Shown: positions 47,759-56,006 of the stretch, in pieces
How the letters are laid out: every line of letters starts with the position of its first letter
Numbering within the stretch: the stretch's first letter is position 1
Assembly: GCA_963797185.1 (NCBI GenBank)
Contig: CAWCON010000001.1
Span: 7,580-71,579, forward strand
Reading direction: 5' to 3'
Length of the DNA: 64,000 nucleotides
From: an uncultured Candidatus Saccharibacteria bacterium
GTDB taxonomy: Bacteria; Patescibacteriota; Saccharimonadia; Saccharimonadales; UBA4665
The notes under the pieces: generated by a model
Told to the model about the DNA's origin: nothing
What the model saw: only the letters and a program-made list of their open reading frames with translations
Databases searched by the model: none
Program-made: the position numbers and the translations under genes

Positions 47759-49124
47759 TTAATATCGAGGTTGATGTAATGACGGTACGGGAGCGACCGG
47801 TCGCGCGGGACGAATAACCATCGTTGGGAATTGTGGGTTTGCATTATTCAGCTGGCCTGGAAGCGGCGGGTAGTTACTATAATTTGTAGTCTGGACAATA
47901 GACGGTTGGTTTTGTAAATCATAATCTAACCTGTCGTTAGCTGCCAGTCTCTTTTTCGTCAACATTCGTGCCACAAAGGAGCCAATTATTATCAGCAAAA
48001 GAAAGCTTGAGAAACTAATACCAGCTACATAAAAAGCTGTTTTCTTCGAGTTTAGTGGTTTTGTGGGCTGCACCTTTAAGGTCTGGATTGGTGCAACGGT
48101 TACAGGAGTTGTCGTAGTGGCTTGGGGGCTTACGATGGGCTGCGAAGTCGGGGCTGGAGTTGAAGTCGGGGCAGTAGTCTTAGTGGTCGATGCCGGTGGA
48201 GTGGTGTGTGTTGGAGTAGTTGCAACCGGCGTAACAGGAGGTTGATTGATATTCTGCCATAAATATCCGGCCGAATGACAGCGGGGCGTCGAACCCCCAA
48301 TGACAAAATCCACATAGCCACCAGGACTCTCGGCATAGATATCAGAATTCGGCATTGTCGAATAACTGCTGACGGCACTATTCGGTACAAGGCCACCATT
48401 GGCAGTTATCTCTAAATTAACGTGCCACAGCGGTACCGGATAGAGAGTATCGCCATTATTATCCCAGAATTCCGTCCATGATCCCGCCGCCATCGTGGAA
48501 ACTGGCAGGGACGCTGGCGTTAGCTCGCGGGAATCGTATGCTGCCGATATACTGCTCAGCTTGACCGGGGAAAGTTATATAGTAAGCAAACCAATCGCCC
48601 GTTCCGTCATAGTTGGTTCGCACCATCCTGACTCCATACTGTCCAGTAGGAAGATCGCCAAAGTTGTGTCTGAGGCTGATGAATTGGGACCCCGTCTCTG
48701 TGCCGTTTGTTTCGGTCGATCCGGGTCCAAGTTCGATGTTGCTCAAATCAGACGTGTTCCACTGCGAGAATATGGCCATTCCAGTAGTTTGCAGTCCAAA
48801 ATACTGTCCAGTGTTATCAATATTAGCGTCATACAGCTGCAAGTATTCATCGCTAGTACTGCCGGGATCGTTTAGTATATTAATCTTATACTGCAAAGAG
48901 GAAATACTTTGCGAAGTGTCAAAATCCCAGTTAGTGTATGTCATACCACCGACAGGCGGTGGCGGGTAGTTTGTCGGAGACACACAAGCACTGGCATCGA
49001 GGCTGTCGCTAATGTGAACAACTTTAATCGACAATGCAGAGAATACTAGAACCCCTATACCTAAACCAAACAGTGTGAGGTTGGCAATTGTAGTAATCTC
49101 GTGTTTTAGATTTTTTATTTTCAT
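47759..49124 (-). pseudogene. DUF3472-like surface protein split by a 1-nt frameshift (paralog of 49221-50300)
   Basis: Track ORFs 48459-49133 and 47759-48493 overlap in different frames. Homology to the neighbouring paralog continues across the junction. Removing one G from GGCGGCGGG (48483-48491) restores ...PASFHDGGGSWTEFWDNNGD... Confidence 0.55.
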
Positions 49125-49220
49125 TACTAACAAGCCTACTATACCATTACCGTTCTGAATTTTCTCCCTTAGACAAAGTCAATTTTTTCCTACTACGTAC
49201 TGGCTAGCGAGGATACCTTG

Positions 49221-50300
49221 CTAATATTTTTTTCGTCGGTATACGCTCAATCCCCAACGACAATCCATATATAAGGCAACCGCTGCAATAATGATCAAAG
49301 AGTACACGGTAATACGCTCAGTTTGAGACACTCTTTTTGTATTCTTCAATTGAATGGTCTCGGGCTTGCTGACACTTTGAGCGCTCATTGGGGATTTAAT
49401 TGGCGTAGGTGATGGTGTCGATACTGCCGGGCTAGGCGTGGTAACGACGGGCGTTGTGATGGTTGGAGCGGGTGATGGCGTTGGTTTCGGGCTAGCAGGG
49501 AGTGACGGTATCGCAGCGGCCGGGAATTGACCACCGATAATAGTCTCTATACCACCGGCTATGTCTCTCGTAGCAAAGTCAGCAGCACACGCCGAGTTAG
49601 TTGGCGCCACATTACTATGCGAAGAGGGAGTTACTGCCCCATTATTCGCCGTTAGGTTTGTGAACTTTACCTCCGACAAAATCAAACTTCCGCAACTGCT
49701 TGTATCACCGGCGTACCGTTCGTGAAATGTATAGGATTGATCGAGTAAATTACCCATACTAGTGGGAGTAACGATATTACCGACCAGCGATTGCACACCG
49801 CTTGTTTGATCTATGACGGTAGCGGTCCAGGTGTTACCGCCAGAGGATTGGCTTGTTAAAGCTATTCGGATGTCGTAGGTGTTATTAACTGTCCATGGGT
49901 AGGAGATTCGGGACGTATAGTATGTCGCTCCAACCTCAGTTCCTGAGGCGTTATAGCCGGGCCCACTAGAAGAGGTAGCTCCCCAGATAGAGAAGACAGC
50001 AATTTTACCGGTAGGATTATCGCCTTCGGTTTGCAAACCCATATAGCCGCCATACCCCTGTGGGTCACCCGTGAACCAAAAACCTGAAGAGAAATAATAG
50101 CCATCAGGTGATCCATCGGCTTCAGGAGTTATATCGGTATCCAACTGCGTGTAACCACTTGGAGCGTTGGGCCACGTCCAGTAGGTATCATCAAAATGGG
50201 TTGGGTCCGTAAGCGGGTCAGCATATACCGGTAAGCGGAGGCCTGCGCTTGTTAGTAGTGCCAAGAACAAAATAAGAATACAACGTTTTAGAATAGTCAT
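49221..50300 (-). CDS. Surface protein: signal peptide, DUF3472-like domain, Pro/Thr linker and C-terminal TM anchor
   Basis: Track ORF of 359 aa. Signal peptide MTILKRCILILFLALLTSAGLRLPVYA; DUF3472-like motifs GGYMGLQTEG..KIAVFSIWGA and YTFHERYAG; linker PKPTPSPAPTITTPVVTTPSP; TM helix VYSLIIIAAVALY followed by RRKKY. Confidence 0.7.
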   Translation of the reverse strand: MTILKRCILILFLALLTSAGLRLPVYADPLTDPTHFDDTYWTWPNAPSGYTQLDTDITPEADGSPDGYYFSSGFWFTGDPQGYGGYMGLQTEGDNPTGKIAVFSIWGATSSSGPGYNASGTEVGATYYTSRISYPWTVNNTYDIRIALTSQSSGGNTWTATVIDQTSGVQSLVGNIVTPTSMGNLLDQSYTFHERYAGDTSSCGSLILSEVKFTNLTANNGAVTPSSHSNVAPTNSACAADFATRDIAGGIETIIGGQFPAAAIPSLPASPKPTPSPAPTITTPVVTTPSPAVSTPSPTPIKSPMSAQSVSKPETIQLKNTKRVSQTERITVYSLIIIAAVALYMDCRWGLSVYRRKKY

Positions 50301-50406
50301 TATTGATTTTATACGCTAGTGATGCTTTTGATTATACAGTTATGTATACAGATGGATATATGTTTTGGCTGTGGGCTCATGACTGAGGTCGGTTGTCACG
50401 GGCTTT

Positions 50407-50463
50407 AATCTTTTTCGCTGTTTACAGCTCATCAGCACCGCTTATATGATCGGTGGAAAGATC
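50407..50463 (-). ncRNA. Type III hammerhead ribozyme motif
   Basis: Minus-strand RNA: AGAUCUUUC/CACCG-AUCAUAUAAG-CGGUG-CUGAUGA-GCUG-UAAA-CAGC-GAA-AAAGAUU. The canonical core (CUGAUGA, GAA, A15.1-U16.1, C17) is present with all three stems. Folded by hand. Confidence 0.65.
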
Positions 50464-50593
50464 TTCCGGAAAGGCAGGTTTGGCATACGATGCCAACGCC
50501 TACCCTACCGGGCGACACCAGAGTTACCTGGTATCTAGACCTTAAACAACTCAAGTACATTTGCTCTGAATAGCACCTTAGACGGGCACTTGA

Positions 50594-52228
50594 TTAGTGC
50601 TGGTCGAAAACACGAGCCTCGGCATCCGGCATCCATGCTAAAGTAGTCCCTCGACTTCGACAGACTACCTTAACCTCGGTATCGGCCTTGGAGACTTTTT
50701 CAGGCGTCGAAGTATAGGTTGCCTGAATTAAGCCAAGACCAGTATCGGCTAACACCATGGGGGCATCGGGCTTCACGAAGAAGCTATCGCTTGACGCAAC
50801 GCCATTTCGCAAGTCATGACCATGCGCCTTTGCCTTATCAACGGCATAGATGCAGGCAGTTACCCGCGATTGTTGGCCGGCACTATTACCGACTAGCTGT
50901 CCTTCGTTAACCAAGGTAATGGTATTGCTATTACTGGTGGCACAGATAGCCGAAGCCATCACGACGTCCAGCTGTTGCTGCTCCGTTAACAGCTCGCCGA
51001 TAACTTCCAGCCGATCCAATGGCAACACAAAGGTGTTGGCCGGCTGCATTAGGAAATCACCACCCACAAGCTCTCGTCTTACCATGCGGCGGTCAAGCGT
51101 TTCCATCGACAAATTTGCTAAAGCGGGGTTGACCGTCATAACGTATTTGCCGTCACGGCGGGCTGCGATCGCCTGGGCAATTGGTTCAATGTCCGGCGCA
51201 CATATGCCGTCAAAAATCCTGGGGGGATCACCTTTCGGCACGCCGTAGTAGCGCAAGACTTTCGCAAGCTCCTCGTCAATCGGGAAGTTTGTCATCAGGA
51301 TCGACCCGAATACGGATTGCGGGTCGCCCATGACCGTCTTTTGCAAAACACTAACCGGATCGCTGCCAAAGGCCGCCCCACAGGCATTGCCATGCTTAAC
51401 GGCCACCGCCATTAGCGGAACCGTACCGAAATTGTAGTCATGACCTGCAGCCATTCTGGTGATGGTCCGGATAACTCGGTTCATATCCGTATAGTTGATA
51501 TAGCTTGGCTGCCGACCGTCCACGAGCCTAAAGTTCGTAACTGCAAGTGGATAAGTGTTATTCGGATTGCGGAACAAGTAAGCAGGTGTCTGATAGCGAT
51601 TCTCGCCATAGTCACAAACCGCCACTCGCTCTCCGAACGAAGCCACTAACTCACCGGACGACAGGAATTCCGCTGAGACCATCCCATATTGCGCCACCGT
51701 AAACTCACCGTAAGCTGCCAGTTGACGAAGAAATTCTTCAGTTATTTCTTCGCCTGAGCGCAATTTTGCAACGACGCTCTCGAATTGCGCGTCATTCGTC
51801 ACGACAATTCGTCGGCCCTTAGCGCCTGAACGAATCATGGCAGGCCCGCCGATATCGGTTTTAGCAGTCACTGATTCTTCAGTAGCCTTAGGATTGGCGA
51901 TCTCTTCAGCGAGAGGATAGGGATCCACATATACCAAGTCGATATACGGTGCTCCCATTCCCTCAAGCGCCCGAAGGTCGGCCTCAATAGTAGCTCGAGA
52001 CAGTAGTCCGCCATGGATTTCACGAGACAAGGTTGAAACGCGACCGTCCATAACCTTTTCGCCAACGATGGTTTGGATATCTACAACGGCTATCCCAGCT
52101 GCCTCTAACTCCTTTGCCGTTCCTCCTGATGCATACAGTCGCCAACCGAAGTTAAACAATGTTCGGGCACCAGCAAAAAACTTATCGGTCTTGTGATAAA
52201 CCGACAGCAATGCATTCTTTTGAGTCAT
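50594..52228 (-). CDS. purH: Bifunctional AICAR transformylase / IMP cyclohydrolase-like protein (divergent PurH)
   Basis: Track ORF of 544 aa. N-terminal MGS-like domain (ALLSVYHKTDK...SGGTAKEL...GRVSTLSREIHGG...DIGGPAMIRSGAKG). AICARFT motifs YGENRYQ, VKHGNACG, SNSNTI and AGQQSRV. Confidence 0.88.
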   Translation of the reverse strand: MTQKNALLSVYHKTDKFFAGARTLFNFGWRLYASGGTAKELEAAGIAVVDIQTIVGEKVMDGRVSTLSREIHGGLLSRATIEADLRALEGMGAPYIDLVYVDPYPLAEEIANPKATEESVTAKTDIGGPAMIRSGAKGRRIVVTNDAQFESVVAKLRSGEEITEEFLRQLAAYGEFTVAQYGMVSAEFLSSGELVASFGERVAVCDYGENRYQTPAYLFRNPNNTYPLAVTNFRLVDGRQPSYINYTDMNRVIRTITRMAAGHDYNFGTVPLMAVAVKHGNACGAAFGSDPVSVLQKTVMGDPQSVFGSILMTNFPIDEELAKVLRYYGVPKGDPPRIFDGICAPDIEPIAQAIAARRDGKYVMTVNPALANLSMETLDRRMVRRELVGGDFLMQPANTFVLPLDRLEVIGELLTEQQQLDVVMASAICATSNSNTITLVNEGQLVGNSAGQQSRVTACIYAVDKAKAHGHDLRNGVASSDSFFVKPDAPMVLADTGLGLIQATYTSTPEKVSKADTEVKVVCRSRGTTLAWMPDAEARVFDQH

Positions 52229-52356
52229 TTAAGGTACTCCCACCTCTTTGGTATCGGGATCTCCGATAGAGCAATTCTCTCAGCTATACCTGGAAGGAGC
52301 AAGCATGAGCAATTAAGATAAACAACCAACATCTGCAGGCAAGGGCAGATCTACGT

Positions 52357-54612
52357 TTAAGAGATATGGCGGAGTAGTGCGGATACCCGCGCTAGTAACG
52401 TACCGAGGAACACCCGAATGTTGGCAATATAAAACACCACAACCAAGAGCAGACCAATAATCATTAAACCAGCCGCCTCAAGCACGCCTGGCGGCAAGAA
52501 GTTAAAACGTACTATGTAGCTTCCTTTTGGTAATACCACCGACTGGAAGAGGGAACCAGACTGTTTGATAGCAAGCCGCTTCCCGGCAGCGGATGCACTC
52601 CAGCCTGGCATAAATAGCTCGCGCCTGAGCAATAGTCCCGGTTGTCTGCAATCTACCGCAACCGTTGCTTTGTTAACAGTTTTGATGGTGCAGTCTCCTT
52701 TAAGCATCTCAAAGTAAGGGCTTGGGTTGGCAATGGCAAATATGGCAGTCGATTGACTGCTCAATACTAGTGTTAAGTTGTTAATCTGAGCTTCGGACGT
52801 CGTTATCAGATTTTTTGGAGCCACGATATATTTCACCCCGAGATAGCGATATCCACTCATATATTTAAAAAGTGCCTCTTTGTTACTTAAACCACCAGGA
52901 TTAGTTTGATAGGTTCCTGAAAAAATAACCGGGTTAGTATTAGGGTTGAGCTGCTGGGTTATATATTGTATCCAATTCGCTGGCAACGGCAGATTGTTGG
53001 TATCAATTGAGGCAATATTATAAAAAGTACCGTAGTTGGGCGCAATTGGCCCTAGCGTATAGAAACGCGAACTACCGAGGTGAGTCTGTAGGAAAGTTAC
53101 GGGTTTTGTATCAAGTTGGGCGCTATGAAATGCCGACAAGTTTGGTACGACAAACATCAGTAATGCGTCTAACGCTATGACAGCTGAATACATAAATTTT
53201 TTATACTGTAGCGAGCTGCGGGCGCAGATTACTATTATCACGACGCTGACAAGTCCCCAGCCAATCGATCCGATGAGCGCAATCCAGTGATGCGGTGCGC
53301 TCGAGATTAGCTTTTGGAAGTGGAGAGCCATGATAACCGCCACAGTGACGATAGCCGACAGCACTCCTCCGATCCCAATTATTTGATGTTTAGATAATTT
53401 TTTACCCTTCCATAGATGATCCAGACCAAAAGCTGCCAGTATAACTACCGCTAATTCAAAAGACGGCTGTACGTATCGATAGACTGCTGTCGCCGACATG
53501 CCAGGCAGAAGATCGATAATACGATAAAGCTCCGGGAAACCATAAACACGAGCCACCATCAATACCACCCAACCAGCTAAGAAGACTTTTAAATAGCGGT
53601 TACCTTTGACCGCCAGCCCAACCAACGCCAGAAACACAAGAGAAAGCGTAATATAACCACCGACATTCGACCACCAGGCGGCAATGGTTCCGCTGCCATC
53701 AAAGCGCATAGCGGCAAAAATCGGACCATACAGATACGGAAACACCAGGGCAGGCAAGCTTGCGAACGGTAAACCCGTATTACCGACCGCTCCGGCATGA
53801 ATGCCAACAAATCCGTGATGATAATAGTCAAAGAAAGCCGTCAGGATCGGAGTGGCCAATAGCAACCCCGTCCCCATCCCGAATACAAATTTACCCAGGA
53901 ACTGCTTCCATTCCCGGTGCCGAAGTTGCAATAAGCGAACTATTGCCCAGCCACAGCCAAAGAGCGTGTCAAGATAAGCGGTTTCAGGAAACCCCGCATA
54001 TAATGACAACGCCAGTGCTATAGCAATCAAAAACCAACCACGTTTTTGTTGACTAAGAACTTTGTTATAGGCAACTTCTACCCCCAACAGCAGAAGTGGT
54101 AAAAAGGCTATCGGGTTAAAGGCTGCATTTCCTAGCCATGCAAAAGTACCATTAACCGCAAACAACATACCGCCAATCATTGAAGCTGCCCGGCCACATT
54201 TTAATCTTCGTAACAAGTAATACGTCGCCAAGCCCGCTATTATTTCCAAGGCAATATGAAAATACAGAACACCATCACCAAAGGCCAACAGAGGTGTTAG
54301 GGGGAATAGGGCAGCCGACTGCATATCTCCAGCGAGTGGCGCACCAACTTGTTCGTTATAATTCCACCACGGCAAGTGGCCATGCAAAAGCGACTCTGCT
54401 GCAGCATGGCCAAGAGCCTGAGTCGAGAATCCTTCATTGGGGTCTATAGTCTCCAGCCCTCCCACCAATCGTGATGACTGTACTAAAAGGCCTGATTCAC
54501 GATTAATCGGGTTCTGCTGAAATATGCCGGTGAGGTACAACGAATTGGCAAGTACTATAAACAGAACGATGATAAGCGGACTAAAGAATCTAGAATGTAG
54601 AAAGTTTTTCAT
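52357..54612 (-). CDS. Large polytopic membrane protein, YfhO-like / GT-C-type glycosyltransferase-like
   Basis: Track ORF trimmed to ATG 54612 (MKNFLHS...). More than 12 TM helices and the motif LPWWNYNEQVGAPLAGDMQSAALFPL, with a C-terminal extracytoplasmic domain and a final TM helix. Confidence 0.55.
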   Translation of the reverse strand: MKNFLHSRFFSPLIIVLFIVLANSLYLTGIFQQNPINRESGLLVQSSRLVGGLETIDPNEGFSTQALGHAAAESLLHGHLPWWNYNEQVGAPLAGDMQSAALFPLTPLLAFGDGVLYFHIALEIIAGLATYYLLRRLKCGRAASMIGGMLFAVNGTFAWLGNAAFNPIAFLPLLLLGVEVAYNKVLSQQKRGWFLIAIALALSLYAGFPETAYLDTLFGCGWAIVRLLQLRHREWKQFLGKFVFGMGTGLLLATPILTAFFDYYHHGFVGIHAGAVGNTGLPFASLPALVFPYLYGPIFAAMRFDGSGTIAAWWSNVGGYITLSLVFLALVGLAVKGNRYLKVFLAGWVVLMVARVYGFPELYRIIDLLPGMSATAVYRYVQPSFELAVVILAAFGLDHLWKGKKLSKHQIIGIGGVLSAIVTVAVIMALHFQKLISSAPHHWIALIGSIGWGLVSVVIIVICARSSLQYKKFMYSAVIALDALLMFVVPNLSAFHSAQLDTKPVTFLQTHLGSSRFYTLGPIAPNYGTFYNIASIDTNNLPLPANWIQYITQQLNPNTNPVIFSGTYQTNPGGLSNKEALFKYMSGYRYLGVKYIVAPKNLITTSEAQINNLTLVLSSQSTAIFAIANPSPYFEMLKGDCTIKTVNKATVAVDCRQPGLLLRRELFMPGWSASAAGKRLAIKQSGSLFQSVVLPKGSYIVRFNFLPPGVLEAAGLMIIGLLLVVVFYIANIRVFLGTLLARVSALLRHIS

Positions 54613-54803
54613 CGTACAAAAAATATGTCCCGCTTCCCTCAAGCCCTTCGATACCTAAAGTATAGCTGGCCATACACTAAATTCGAAGATTATGATAAAT
54701 TATCTACTCCGTAGCGGCTCCAAAGTAGATAGACTATAGTAATGCTATAATTTTGAGATAAACATTGCTCAATAAGCATAAATGTGATAGAATAATACAT
54801 ACT

Positions 54804-55496
54804 ATGTCATCCTCTCAATTATTTGAAGCGAACCCAGAACCACAACCAATTGATGACCCTTTCGCAAGACTGGATACTATCCAGCGAACAGTCGGTTTTC
54901 TAGCCACGGATCAAAGAGAGCTTAATGAAACACTTTCACTCCTGGCTTTTCCTGAAGCAGCCGGCGGCAGCGCTCGACACCTTAACGAAATATTGCTGCA
55001 TCAACAAAAAGCCCGTAATAAGAATCCGGCAAGAGTTGAGGATCCAGCCAGAGCAGTACGACACGTAACAAGAGATTATGCCCGTTATTTTCAATCGTCT
55101 CTTCTAAATCTGACACACCTCAGACTACTTAATGAAGAAGTTGAGCAAACTGACAACCCATTCCTCAATCTTAAAGAAGCATTGGGACCAGATGTAGCCG
55201 GTTTCGGAGCACTGGTTCGGTTTATTGATCTTCAAAAAGCAGCCAAGCAAGGTGTTGTTGAGGGTGAAATAAATCCTCTACGAAATGAATACACCCCCAA
55301 CCCGAGTCCTGAGATGATTGAGTATATTAGCAAACGTTCCCAAGAACTGTCGATTGGGAGTATTCGAGATGTTGTACCTTTATCGATACAAGATCAGGAG
55401 AAACGCGGTCAGTTTTGGCAACAGCGTTTGAATGAGTCGCGAAGACATGCATTGGCACAACCGATCGCAACCGCTGCACTTGCTAAGCTAGCCTAA
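54804..55496 (+). CDS. Hypothetical protein
   Basis: Track ORF trimmed to ATG 54804 (MSSSQLFEANPEP...). No recognisable domain. Confidence 0.55.
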   Translation: MSSSQLFEANPEPQPIDDPFARLDTIQRTVGFLATDQRELNETLSLLAFPEAAGGSARHLNEILLHQQKARNKNPARVEDPARAVRHVTRDYARYFQSSLLNLTHLRLLNEEVEQTDNPFLNLKEALGPDVAGFGALVRFIDLQKAAKQGVVEGEINPLRNEYTPNPSPEMIEYISKRSQELSIGSIRDVVPLSIQDQEKRGQFWQQRLNESRRHALAQPIATAALAKLA

Positions 55497-55554
55497 GACA
55501 TACCCTTTAATGTTGATGTTACAATACCTTTATTAACCTAAGGGGGAGTTACGC

Positions 55555-55974
55555 ATGGACGTTCACGTTTCAATTACTGGCGTATTGGTAGCAGCGTTAT
55601 CAGCAATGGTTATCGGTGCTGTCTGGTACAGTCCGGCTTTATTTGGCAAGCCTTGGATGAACGCAATCGGGCTTACAGACAAGGAAATGAAGAAGAAAAT
55701 GGGTTCTGTCATGATTGCATTAATAATTGTTTCGCTTGTTACGGCCTATGTACTATCGCTATTTATTTCATACGTACACAACGCAACCGGCGACAGCTGG
55801 ATGAAAGCTGCTCTCCACACGTCATTATTAGCCTGGATCGGCATCGCGACAACAACAATTTTCGCCCATGGTCTCTTTGAACCTAAAGACAAGAAAGTTC
55901 TCTACATTAATACCGGCAACCGATTCGTGACACTACTGGTAATGGGCTTGATCCTCAGCGCATTCCTAAAGTAA
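55555..55974 (+). CDS. DUF1761-family membrane protein
   Basis: Track ORF of 139 aa with AVWYSPALFGKPWMNAIG, typical of DUF1761. GGGGGAG lies upstream of the ATG. Confidence 0.7.
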   Translation: MDVHVSITGVLVAALSAMVIGAVWYSPALFGKPWMNAIGLTDKEMKKKMGSVMIALIIVSLVTAYVLSLFISYVHNATGDSWMKAALHTSLLAWIGIATTTIFAHGLFEPKDKKVLYINTGNRFVTLLVMGLILSAFLK

Positions 55975-56006
55975 TCCTTCTTCTACTAGTAGCTCTTCTG
56001 CCAGAC

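Noticed and set aside
52229-52356. A ZTP or purine riboswitch upstream of purH (and likewise upstream of purF at 57486-57684).
   Set aside because: Only short hairpins are present. I could not find the conserved ZTP (pfl) or guanine-riboswitch core sequences by eye. This still deserves a cmsearch.
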